DNA from: Nageia nagi
Taxonomy: Eukaryota; Plantae; Pinophyta
Length of the DNA stretch: 64,000 bases
Direction: 5' to 3'
NCBI GenBank assembly: GCA_050084985.1
Contig: JBITNC010000001.1
Coordinates: 123,566,001 to 123,630,000, forward strand
Shown: positions 39,781-52,995 of the stretch, piece by piece
Layout: each line of letters starts with the position of its first letter
Numbering within the stretch: position 1 is the first letter of the stretch
Program-made: the position numbers and the translations under genes
The notes under the pieces: generated by a model
What the model saw: only the letters and a program-made list of their open reading frames with translations
Databases searched by the model: none
What the model was told of the DNA's origin: nothing

Positions 39781-41499
39781 TTGATAATATGCTCAAATGG
39801 TAGATTTGTAGAGATACTCCACTAAATAACCTATCCGTACCTATAATTGGTTGATGGATACCTCTCTAATTAAATGGTAACATAACTATAAATACCCTCT
39901 TGCTCAACATACATAATAGTGCAACACTTTACATGCAAGTGGAAGTAGGGATGGCAAATTCAGCTAGGTCTAGGATAAGGTCAATGTTTCCTCCTTAGCC
40001 TCTAGATGGTAAGGGTATTAAAAGTCAAAATGATCTATTTTTGATAAAATTTTAATTTTATAAGTTGAATTTAGGTCTTTAGATTAGGTAATCACCTATT
40101 TTTATGTATACAGCTCTTGAATCTTTATGTGGAGGGCTCATTTGCCTTGCCAAATTTTTTAAATCCCTCTCATTCTTTCCCAAGTAATAAAAATTACCAT
40201 TTGCAAGGCATTGATAGCATCCATTTATTTGAGTTGTATGTGTAATTGATAGATGTTGGATTTAATTTATGATTAGAATTTATTCTAATGATGCCATAAT
40301 GTCTCAAGTAAATTTTGCTTCATTTGCATTTTTATTAAAATTTATACTAAGTTTAGGATGTCAATTGTGTGCTAATTTGCTATGTAGGTGACTTTCCAAT
40401 GCACCCTTTTAATTTCCATCACTTTCTATTTTTTCATATGATAGTGGACAATTTTATTTATGTACAAATAAAAAAATTAAATTATGAATACTTGATCTTA
40501 GCCATTTGGTGGGGAAATTCTATCTTCAAGAAGGTTGCTCCTAGGTAACCACAAGTCCATGATATTTGCAAGATTTGGTGATATATGAAGCCACTGCTTA
40601 ATTGATGGCTTGCTCCACTTATTTTACAATGTTGGTGACATATGTCATTAGGGAACTAATGATGTATCAATGCATGAGTTAATCAAAAATTAAATATCCT
40701 CTTCTACTTCATCTTAATAGCAACTTCCTAGTAAGAGGATCGATATAAAAATTATGCTTCCATCATTAGGTATAGGTATTTTATTTTTATTTGATGTTAT
40801 TAAGTGTGTTAATTTTATATTTGCAAAGTTTGATATTTATTAATAGGAATTTATGCATTCCAAGTGAATAATCATCATCTCTTTCATGGCCTATAGTCAG
40901 CATGGAGAAATATGCAGACTAAAGGGGTATTATCTCCCCTTCTATACTTCACTCTACATTCTACATTATATTTCTTGTAGCTCTAAACAACTTTGTTCTC
41001 CTCCATGTGTTGAATAATGATGTGATGAATTTGCACTTCATGCATGTGACAAGATGGCTTCACTTATCCTTTTTTTAGCATCAGCTAGGGGGCAATTTCA
41101 TATTCAGCTACAAATATGATGAATCAAAAGACTTTGACTAACAAAATCCAAAATAATTTTATTTTAGCAAAATTCAAAGATATTATAGTGTTAACAACAC
41201 ATATTCATTTATTTTAGGGCATAATGGCATACTTTCTTTGTATGAAATTAAGAAAATTAAAGTTTCTAGACAGTACAAGATTCAACATTAAGTATTTTTT
41301 AGAAGTCTCCTTCTATGCTTCCATTATTTATCCATGAATAATTATTCAATAGCATAGTGTTAGGATAATACTAATAAAATATTTAGCCATCATCCCCCAT
41401 GAGAAATTTTTTGGCATATTCTACAAGATATTCTATCAATGCAGCTCAACATATTATAATATATTATATTTATTTCATCCTTATTTTACATGCCTCATG

Positions 41500-42350
41500 T
41501 CTTCAAATCATAAACATATAAACATATGATCATCAATGGCTATCAAAAAGCTAGTGAGAGTTCACTCACTTAAAAGTAAAATGATTGTACAACCTTGAGC
41601 AATTTTTTAACATTACATCACCTCCAATGGATAATGCATTTTGCTATGTATCCACATGGTTCTTTGCTTTGAACACTAGTGAGAGTTCACTCACTTCAAA
41701 GTAAATTGATGATACAATCATGAGTAATTTGTTGACATTGGATCATCTCTAATGTATGATACATTTTGTTGTATATCCACATGGTTCTTTGATTTGAACC
41801 CACCTAAAGCATACTTATTTAGATCATGGACTAAAAATACATGATCATTGATGGCCCACGAAATAGCTAATGAGAGTTCACTCAATTAAAAGTAAATCAA
41901 TGATACAACTTGAGCAATTTGTTGATATTGGATCATCTCTAATGGATGATATATTTTGCTATGTATCCACATGTTTCTTTGCTTTAAACCTACCTAAAGT
42001 ATATTATCTTTAGATCATGGACATAAAAATGCATGATCATTGATTGCCCATGAAATGGCTAGTGAGAGTTCCCTCACTTAAAGTAAACTAATGATATAGA
42101 AGTTAGCAATTTGTTGACATTGGCTCATATCCAATGGATGATACTTTTTGCTATGTATCCACATGGTTTTTACTTTGAACCTATCTAAAGCATATTGTCT
42201 TTGGATCATAGACATCCAAACGTATGATCATCGATGGCCATCAATACAGCTAGTGAGAGTTCCCTCACTTAAAAGATAAACAATAATGTAATTGTAAGTA
42301 AGATTACTAACATTAGATCATCTCTGAAGGATGATGCAGCTTACTATGCA
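41500..42350. repeat. ~192-bp tandem array (5 units, first internally shortened) in the 3' region of element D
   Basis: The anchor (a)gtgagagttc occurs at 41553, 41678, 41869, 42061 and 42252. Confidence 0.92.
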
Positions 42351-42897
42351 TCCATATCATAATTTTTTGGCTAACACTTAATTGTAGGTACATAGATCCA
42401 TAAGAACAAAAGCATATTATAGTCAAAACTAGGGCATTAGCATTATGCTCACTATTTTTTAGGTTGCTAGCAATGTATAGTTCATTACCATTTCCACCCA
42501 TACAAAGCATAACCTCTCTATTTTAAGGCATGGACATAAGTGCATCAACTTCTTGAGTATTTGACACAATGGAATGACTAGATTCATGATTAAAATAGTA
42601 TAAAGAAGGCACATCATATCTTTCATCTTCAGCCTTGGATATGGATTTCTATAGTCATCCAAATATCATCCAAACAATATTCTAGAAGATAAACTTCTTT
42701 AGCAACTTTTTCCTTGGCTAATTTCACTTAAGGATCTTTTTAATACACCCAAGTCAAATGGGGGGTAGCATAAGGACCCTCATAATCATTCAATCAGCAT
42801 TAGTAAAAGGATAAAAATGTTTCCTCTATGATTCTTCTACACTTCTTGTTTGGACATGTAATTTCATTACTTCAATCACACATCCAAAGAGGGCAAA

Positions 42898-43286
42898 TGT
42901 AGAAGCCTCAAAATGAACCTTTATGTATTTAATAAATCATTTAAATTCCTTAACAATGTATCATTTAAAAGAGGATTAAAAATGTATAAGAAAGTTGTAG
43001 GACATGTATTTGACCCATGTGGTATGTAAAGGGGTCTAATCCTATAATGGAAGCATCCCTATATAAAGGCATTCAAGAAATACAAAGATGCATGGTGGGA
43101 ATATCATCAAGAGGAGATTAGACAAGGGGTAGATTATAGAAGACCCAAGGCTTCTATCATTGAAATCAGATAGAGAACCAAGGAATGAAACATCATTTAC
43201 AAAGCAAACCTTTGTATGGTCTTCTTATTTGTAATAAATGAATCTCTTATCTCAAGTATTATCACACTTTTGTTATATTGATAAAT
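42898..43286 (+). repeat. Element D 3' LTR, 3'-truncated
   Basis: Homology to the 5' LTR stops after ttatattgataaat. Confidence 0.85.
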
Positions 43287-44029
43287 ATGATCAAGAGAAA
43301 GGAATTCGAGAAAGGAACACATTTAAGGGAGACAAGGTCTAGAAAAGGGAAAGAAAAAATAACATTTGGGCAGATAACATTCATGGTAAGGAGAATGCAT
43401 CATTGAAGGGTAAAGAAATGGGGGACATGTTGAAGATAATAAAAGAAGATACAATTATAGTTGAGACCCTTGTAAAGCTAGTAAGTTAGCTCTCAGAATA
43501 TGGTAACAACAAAGATAGACTCTTTTTTTTATTACATAGCTAAAATTGGAAGATAAGTTATAGAAATAACATAAGAAAATGCAATAAAGTAGGGGAAGGG
43601 AACAAATAAAATGGAGGATGTAGTGGAGTACTAATCTAATCTTAGGGAGAACAAGGATAAAACATCAAATGAAGGAGCAAGTAAGAATAAGGAAAGGATA
43701 AATGGGCATTTAAAGGTGTGCAATTTATTAATTTGGAGGAACGAAGACCTCCAAAGTAATTCAAAATCAAAGGCATTCTTAAGATGTTTGGGAAACCATA
43801 AAAGTAGGAGTGTTTTTTATATACATTTTGGGTACTTAGTATTACTATTAGTTAATGTATTGTTAGTGATTATTAGGGAACTTAGTTTTTTGGAAACCTT
43901 ATTATGGAATTCTAGACACTTTTCTATTTTTTTTTTTGTGAACTCATATGTTTATATTTATCTAAGATGTAAATTTTTGTGAAGACCATTACAAACTTCA
44001 CACATTTTGAAGATTAATACAAAAAAAAA
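43287..44029 (+). pseudogene. ORF-A 3' part and 3' UTR ending in an A-tract
   Basis: Aligns with ~59650-60395 and ends ttaatacAAAAAAAAA (44021-44029). Confidence 0.6.
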
Positions 44030-44214
44030 CCTCTAGATTGTATATAAATAATGTATTTTGGCTATTCTTTACTAATATTTTTATTGCATTGTATCAAATT
44101 ATGCTTGCCTCATGCATCTTGTAAAACAACTCAAGTACTTTAAGATTATAATTCATATTTTAAAGCCAATGGAAGTTTGAAACCAAATACACCTTATATG
44201 TTTTATTTATGCAG

Positions 44215-46341
44215 TTAACTAAAACATAATGAATTGAAATGGCATAGATTTTTTAATCTACCTATCCAAGATATCCAAGGAAAACAACTATTTTGTTGAA
44301 ATAATTTAACTTGGATAAGAATACCATGCACAAAAAGAAAGATGAATTAAATTGCCACAATATCTTTGTGAAGGTTGAATTATTTCAAAAAGGAGAAGAA
44401 TCTAATCATGATGCACAATGCACATTATTGTGCAAGAAAAAGAAGAAAAAAGGTCTAAAAGGAGTTACAAATTGACAACCATCATACATGAAATTTAATA
44501 AAATATTCTTTTTCCAATTTCAACATTACATGATCTTGTATTTGTAAGTTATATAATTAATTTGTTTTTTCTTTGTAGTTATTGGTATGCTTATGGTTAT
44601 AAGGACATGAGAGACAACCCACCTCCTCCAAAACATAAGAGGAATTTTATAAAGAAAAGGGGTTGTCAATGTTATTTTGTTGTTAAGGTATTCAAAAGTT
44701 TACCTAAAGTTGCATTTATTACATACAATAAATTTGAACATGTTGCACTTGATGGAAAACCTTGCCATGGAGTGCATGATACAAGAAAAATTTAAAAAGG
44801 AATGGCCAATTTGCTAAGAGATGGTGTTTCAGTTAATACAATATATAATGTGCAATTTATGCAAGAGTACTTTAAAAATGTACCTACAATTTGAGATCAT
44901 TGCATTTTAAGGAGGGATTTCAAAACATATACAATAGATTGATGAGGGGATGATGCAAAAGGATAAAGATGATGCCACTAGTATGGACTGATGGTATGGG
45001 CCAAAAAAGAAAAGTTTTTTATATATGGTAACCCCAAACATGAAATTTGAAATTTTGTTATCGGTATTTAAATAGAATGATGTTGGATAAGATGGTGGAA
45101 TTATCCCATAATAATATAATTTCAATGGATTCAACCTTTAGTACAAATTTATATGGTGTAATTATTGCTAACTCTTTCCATAATTTTTTATTTTTTCATT
45201 GTTGATGTTGTCCATATCTTAATTTTTATGCATTACTAATTTTTCTCATTCTTGAACTTTTGTGCATAGCTAGTACCAATTTTACACATTTGTTGCATTT
45301 GATTCCCAACAAAGTAGTTTACCTATGGCTTGGGTTTCACATACAAAAAATGGTGTTGATGATATAGTTGAGTGGCTTGAAATATTGAAATAATGTTATC
45401 TAGAACACTGACCAAGTTGGCATGTGAATGCTTTTCTTACTATGATGCTGCTATAGAAATCTAGGCCATTAGATTTTTGAACTATATTTTGTTTAAAATA
45501 TGCAAAACAAGTGTAAGCCTAATAATATTTTTTATTTTATAAGTGTTCTTTCTCTTGTTCTTTTGGTAATTTTTTTTTATTTTGCATGTATGTCCAGAAA
45601 AGTGTTTGGTTGCAGGCATTTGTTGTGTGTTAGCATGTGAAACGGGCTTGGTTAAATAATGTCTACAAGAAGCATCAAGTAAAGAGGTTGGAAGAAAAAT
45701 TTTGCAAGGTTAGATGAAATAATTTCCAAATGCATGGATGATGCATTTTTGAAATCAATTGTATCTAATTTTTACATTCATTTCCATAACAAGAAGGCTT
45801 TTATAGATTACTTGATTGGTAATTGGTTTGATGCTAATAGAATTTGTAAGGATAGTCATAACATGTTTACATTTTTTACAATTATGTTTCCCCTTTTCAA
45901 GCATTTATGATATTTATTCTATAATTTTGTTGTAGGTATGTGGGCAAAACCTATAAAAATTTTCCCCATTCCAACTAAGAAACAAATTTAACCACAGAGT
46001 CATATCATTGTATTTTGAAAACTAGATTTCTATTTCAAAAGGCTAGAAAATATGGTAGAATGGATTTGTTACTTTACACTCTTTTTGAACTAGGTTTACC
46101 ATATTATATAAATCTAGTTAAATTGAATACATTAGGATTTTGGAACAATTACAAGAAGTAAAAGAGTCTAGAAAGTACAATACATAAGTCTCATATGATA
46201 CTTGATTCTCATTGTGTCCCTCATGAAGATGTCATTGGTTCATACTAGGTGAGGTTTAAAATAGATGTGTCAAAATAATATCTTATTACCTTTCAAGGTG
46301 AAGATCACTCATACACATACATTTGTGAGTGGGACCTTAGA
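44215..46341 (+). pseudogene. Intron-containing MULE-type DDE/SWIM transposase, copy 1 (cut by the gap)
   Basis: NLPIQD, YWYAYG..KRGCQCYFVVK..HVALDGKPCHG, ISMDSTFSTNLYG, C.*HVKRAW and ESYH motifs. Confidence 0.85.
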
Positions 46342-46441
46342 NNNNNNNNNNNNNNNNNNNNNNNNNNNNNNNNNNNNNNNNNNNNNNNNNNNNNNNNNNN
46401 NNNNNNNNNNNNNNNNNNNNNNNNNNNNNNNNNNNNNNNNN
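46342..46441. other. Scaffold gap (100 N)
   Basis: Run of exactly 100 N. Confidence 1.
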
Positions 46442-48879
46442 TACTAAATTTATTAGATAAGCCTTTAAGCTACAACAAACTTGGACTCCTAAGGAGAATG
46501 AGATTAAGGTAGGTATCATTATGGATATCCAATAAACTATTGATTGGTATAAACAACCTCCATTTGAACAATTAGAAATCTTGGTAGGGATATTGCATGA
46601 AATTGAGCAGGATAACATTAATTGTACTAACAAGTTTGTTGTTTTAAAAAATACTCCACTTAAAATACCAAACAATATACAACAACCTCCCTCTCCCCCA
46701 CCACCATCCCCAAAGACCAATGTAGGACTTAACAACATTATGAGTAGTGAAAATGATTTTCTTTAATGTTTAAAAAGACCCCTCATTTATAGAATTCTTA
46801 CCAAAATAATCCATGGGAAAAAGAGTGTCAAATTCACTAAGTTTGATGGTATGTAGGATCCTAGGATGCATGTTTGTAAATTTCATGAAGAAGCTATTAA
46901 ATATATGCATGACCAAGATTTTTTGGCTAAGTTATTTTCTTACAGTTTGAAGGATGAGGCTAAGTTATTTTCTTATAATTTGAAGGATGAGGCTCTAACA
47001 TGGTACTTCTAGCTTTCTAAAAGTAGCATTGATAGGTATGAGGATTTGATTTGATATTTGTGCATGATTATGGTTATAACATTACTAACAAGGTTTATCT
47101 TAAGGACTTGTATAAAATTAAACAACTCCCAAACCAATCAATGAAGGATTTTGTGAAGGTATGGAAACAAACTACTAACAAACAAACCATGGATGAACAC
47201 AAACTCAAGCATATTTTTGTGGATGGTCTCTTGCCTATATATAAGCTATTTTTCATTTCTAATCATGATATGCCTTTAGGAGATATTATTGGCACTATTA
47301 CTAAAAAGGAACCATGCATTAAAAAATTAGGTACCATTAAACATATTGATCATGCTTCACCTATAAAACCTATTATTGAAAATCATGTTTCATGCAAAAA
47401 ATGAGGTAGTTCTCCACTCAAACATACTCACTAATATAATCCTTTGACTAATAGTATTGATAATATTATAAATGTATTATTAGATGAGGAAATGGTTGAA
47501 TTAACTCATATTGTTGAACCTAATTTTATTAATGGTGTGTCTAAAAATTTTCACTATGAAGAATTTTGCAATTATCATAGGGTACCTGGTCAACTAATCT
47601 AGGATTGCAAGACTCTTCGTAATCTTATACAAGATTTCATTGATAATGGAGCAATTAGGATGGATCCAAAACTAGTTGCATAGAAAGGACCTATACATCT
47701 AGATAATGCACAACTAGGAGTATTCAATAATCCCCTACCATATTCACAATCTCAAGGTTGCATCGCTATAATAAGTGTTGACCATACTTTACATTCTTTT
47801 TTAGCTAACACTCATGTATACAGGAACCCTCATCCCAATAGGAATAGGAATAGAATCAAATAGCATGACACTAATAGCATTAATTATTACTTTCAAGGCA
47901 CCAATGATGTAATGATAATTACTAAAAAAGTGCCTCTTTTCATTCCTACCTATGTGAAGTGTATTTGGGTGGCAAAAAATCCCTAGGTACATAAGGTTAT
48001 TCCTTGATCTCTTTAGATATCACAATCAATGTATATTAGTAGCTAGGGTGTTTTTGTATCTTTTTGATTTCCTATTATATGAATACACTAGTCCAATGAT
48101 TTATCTAATTTGTATGTATCATTTCCATCTAATGTCCATAATCTAGGGATCCAACTCATCTCTATGCATGATGCTAATGCCCTTTTATCTCTATTTTGGG
48201 GCACTTGTGCCATGGTTTTCCCAAGATAAAATGTTTAAAATTTACTTTTTATCATTCTAAACATTGTGTCTTCACCTCTAGGTTGATCCTAGATGTTGTG
48301 TCATGATATATATTATCATATACACCCTTATGTCCTTTCTCAATATTTCCAAGAAACCTTTGATTCCTTTAGATTGTGTATCATTTCTATTTATGTGCAT
48401 GTCTTATGCTTGTTATTAGTTGTACATAACATAATATGTATATTTAGCATGTTTTACTATTAGTGAGTCAGTAGTTTTTTTAGGATTCATTTTTCCTATG
48501 TATTTGTCCAATTTCAACCATCTAAATATAACACAAAAATAAAAAATAAAGTGTGTGGAGTCCACAAATAATGAATCATATATATAAATATATCTTAGAG
48601 TCAAACTTTTGTAAGAATAGATATACATGGGCATTAGCCCTACATCATCCACCACTATGCATGGGCACTAGTCCCATTACTAGAGGCATCACTCCTCAAG
48701 CATACCCTCCTCCTGCTACCTACACTTGCACCCAAGATAGAGACTCCACCTGAGATACCACTAGTCGTGAGTCCATGAGTCTCCAAGAGGGTCTTGGCCC
48801 TCACATACTTGGCCTACATCTTAGATATATCTAGGGCCTATGCTCTAATTTGATCATGTTGACTTTATATAAAAGCCCA

Positions 48880-50460
48880 CTACTAATCTAGTGGGGGCAT
48901 CATGAGCCTATCTTGGAGGCTCTTCACTATTTATGATAGTGAAGCAACCTTCATATCTCTCATCGCTAGTACGAACTTGATTATGGCCAACTTTGCCTCC
49001 AAGGTAGTTACCCAAGAATCTACATCCTCTATTATATCAAACATGATGCTTATTAGTATCCCATTAGCCATTTTATTTCAAAATCACAAAGCTATGAGTT
49101 GAGTCTTTCTTACTTGGGGTGGGGGAAATTATCGCTAATACCTCTAGACCCCCTGATGGTGGGGGCTCATCATGGATGGGATTATCCACATGCATCTAAT
49201 CCTCCTCCTCAAATGTCTATCTCATAGCTTCACCATCACTACCACTCTCTACCTCATCTAAGCCTAATGGACCTGGGTGCACTCTTACCCACCATCATGC
49301 ATAGCTAAGGGAAACCTTGGTGCATGCATAACATCTAAGGTGGCATCTAGAGCCTTTCTATCTTCCCACTAGCCATCCATGCTAGCATATCCATAGCATT
49401 AGTAGGTACATCTTGCTCTACATGGTATCTTCAATATACTAGGGGTACATCTAGAATAGGTTGTAATACCCCAAACTACCTAGCACATGCTCTTGATGAT
49501 GTAACTCCATAATCTTCCATCGAGTCTATAAGAAGTGGGACTGTCTAACCCATGCAAAATGACATGTGTCAACTGTCATAAATAGTTTTACATAGAATAT
49601 CCACACACTATCTACCTCTTGTAGACCATCCATTTGCATTCTCTATGCCTCAATGGACTATAATGGCCTATACCCACCAAGTGGACTCATCCAACAAACC
49701 AAGGATGTATATGTTAGGTTTCTTTGGCTCTCTAGATCCTGATCATTCTCACCATAGCTATATGCTCATATGCCCAAATGTGTAGGAGGATAGCATGAGT
49801 AATTATCATATTGACCTTATCAACATTCATGAATGTGTATAAATCTTTACAAACATATGCCAGTACTACTAGTCCCCATCCAAACTATTACCCTCAAGTG
49901 CATATCTCTCATACTATCCATGTCATCCCAAGATGAAAAGCTAAATGATTTTATAAAGGCATAAATAAGTGGAATAATAGCTACACATGTAGCCTTAGGT
50001 TTCTCCCCACTCCAACATACCTATAACCCTCTACAAGTCTCATCAATCGATGATCCAAATCTTGGTCATTTGATCCATTCAACCATAACCACTTCGCTCC
50101 TTGCATGTTATCATCCCCATCTCATGCTACCACATTGAGCCACCCCTAATGGGTATACCCTAGATCAAATACACATCCTATAGGGTTACTATCATTTCAT
50201 TAGTGGGAAGGTGAAATGAGTAGCAATCCTAGTCCCATCTCTTAACCAAGGTTGTGAAAAGGGGAGTGTCTACCTACGTTTTCCCTACATAAGCAAGCTC
50301 CCCTAGCTTTATTAGTCTAAAACATCATTTGATTACTAAGTTCATGGAAAATATTGGTCCAAATATAAAAATATGGTCCTTATAGGCCCATAGTATATCA
50401 ACCCCTTCAATCCTGCAATGTACCATTTGGTCTATTAGTCCATCCTCTACCTACTTTGAT
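48880..50460 (-). pseudogene. PMD ORF, second copy
   Basis: Duplicate of 38200-39780. Confidence 0.8.
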
Positions 50461-52139
50461 AATATGCTCAAATGGTAGATTTGAGAGATACTCCACTAAA
50501 TAACCTATCCTCCCTATAATTGGTTGATGGATACATCTCTAATCAATGGAATCCATAACTATAAATACCCTCTTGCTCAACATACATAAATTATGAGTGC
50601 AAGGGGCAATTAGCTAGGCAATGTTGGAAGTGGTCAATGTTTCCTCCTTAGTGCTCCAGATGGTAAGGGATTAAAAGTCAAAATGATCTATTTTTGATAA
50701 AATTTTGATTTTATAATTTGAATTTAGGTCTTTAGATTAGGTAATCACCTCTTTTTATGTATACAGCTCTTGAATCTTTATGTGGAGGGCTCATTTGCCT
50801 TCCAAATTTTTTAAATCCCTCTCATTCTTTCCCAGTATTAAAAATTACTATTTGCAAGGTATTGATAGCATCCATTTATTTGAGTTGTATGTGTAATTGA
50901 TAGATGTTGGATTTAATTTATGATTGGAATTTATTCTAATGATGCCATAATGTCTCAAGTAATTTTGCTTCATTTGCATTTTTATTAAAATTTATACTAA
51001 GTTTAGGATGTCAATGTGTGCTAATTTGCTATGTAGGTGAGTTTCCAATGCACCATTTTAATTTCCATCACTTTCTATTTTTTCATATGATAGTGCATAT
51101 TTTCTTTGATGTACAAATAAAAAAATTGAAATTATGAATACTTGATCTTAGCCATTTGGTGGGGAAATTCTATCTTCAAGAAGGTTGCTCCTAGGTAACC
51201 ACAAGTCCATGATATTTGCAAGATTTGATATAATGAAGCCACTACTTAATTGATGGCTTGCTCCACTTATTTTATAATGTTGGTGACATACATTCATTAG
51301 GGAACTAATGATGTATCAATTCATGAGTTAATCAAAAATTAAATATCCTTTTCTACTTCATCTTAATAGCAACTTCGTAGTAAGAGGATCGGTATAAAAA
51401 TTATGCTTCCATCATTAGGTATAGGTATTTTATTTTTATTTGATGTTATTAAGTGTGTTAATTTATATTTGCAAGTTTGATATTTATTAATAGGAATTGA
51501 TGCATTCCAAGTGAATAAATCATCATCTCTTTCATGGCCTATAGTCAGCATGGAGAAATATGCAGACTAAAGGGGTATTATCTCCCCTTTAACTTCACTC
51601 TACATTCTACATTATATTTCTTGTAGCTCTACACAACTTTGTTCTCCTCCATGTGTTGAATAATGATGTGATGAATTTGCACTTCATGCATGTGACAAGA
51701 TGGCTTCACTTATCCCTTTTTTAGCATCAGCTAGGGGGAATTTCATATTCAGCTACAAATATGATGAATCAAAAGACTTTGACTAACAAAAGCCAAAATA
51801 ATTTTATTTTAGCAAAATTCAAAGGATATTATAGTGTTAACAACACATATTCATTGATTTGAGGTCATAATGGCATACTTTCTTTGTATGAAATTAAGTA
51901 AATTAAAGTTTCTAGACAGTACAAGATTCAACATTAAGTATTTTTTAGAAGTCTCCTTCTATGCTTCCATTATTTATCCATGAATAATTATTCAATAGCA
52001 TAGTGTTAGGATAATACTAATAAAATATTTAGACATCATCCCCCATGAGAAATTTTTTGGCATATTCTACAAGATATTCTATCAATGTAGCTCAACATAT
52101 TATAATATATTATATTTATTTCATCCTCGTTGTACATGC

Positions 52140-52995
52140 CTCATGTCTTCAAATCATAAACATATAAACATATGATCATCAATGGCTATCAAAATAGCTA
52201 GTGAGAGTTCACTCACTTAAAAGTAAAATGATTGTACAACCTTGAGCAATTTTTTAACATTGCATCACCTCCAATGGATAATGCATTTTGCTATGTATCC
52301 ACATGGTTCTTTGCTTTGAACACTAGTGAGAGTTCACTCACTTAAAGTAAATTGATTATACAATCATGAGTAATTTGTTGACATTGGATCATCTCTAATG
52401 TATGATACATTTTGTTGTATATCCACATGGTTCTTTTATTTCAACCCACCTAAAGCATACTGTATTTAGATCATGGACATAAAAATACATGATCATCGAT
52501 GGCCCATGAAATAGCTAATGAGAGTTCACTCAATTAAAAGTAAATCAATGATATAACTATGAGCAATTTGTTGATATTGGATCATCTCTAATGGATGATA
52601 TATTTTGCTATGTATCCACATGTTTCTTTGCTTTAAACCTACCTAAAGCATATTATCTTTAGATCATGGACATAAAAATGATGATCATTGATTGCCCATG
52701 AAATGGCTAGTGAGAGTTCCCTCACTTAAAGTAAACTAATGATATAGAAGTTAGAAATTTGTTGACATTGGCTCATATCCAATGGATGATACATTTTGCT
52801 ATGTATCCACATGGTTTTTACTTTGAACCTATCTAAAGCATATTATCTTTGGATCATAGACATCCAAAGTATGATCATCGATGGCCATCAATACAGCTAG
52901 TGAGAGTTCCCTCACTTAAAAGATAAAGAATAATGTAATTGTAAGTAAGATTACTAACATTAGATCATCTCTAAAGGATGATGCAGCTTACTATG
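52140..52995. repeat. ~192-bp tandem array, second copy
   Basis: Duplicate of 41500-42350. Confidence 0.9.

Larger units (their letters stand above)
34234..43286 (+). mobile_element. Non-autonomous Ty3/gypsy (Tat/Ogre-like) element D: gag + antisense PMD, no pol
   Basis: 5' LTR 34234-34855 (TGTAGA...TGTACA) followed by a PBS-like TGGTGAACTTGAC. PPT AAAGAGGGCAAA at 42886-42897. The 3' LTR (42898-43286) matches the first ~390 bp of the 5' LTR. Confidence 0.88.

Noticed and set aside
41500-42350. 192-bp array as a CRISPR-like or centromeric satellite array
   Set aside because: There are only five diverged units, no unique spacers, and the array is confined within an LTR element.
46265-46738. 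ORFs 46265-46447 and 46337-46738
   Set aside because: They read through the N gap and are artefacts.
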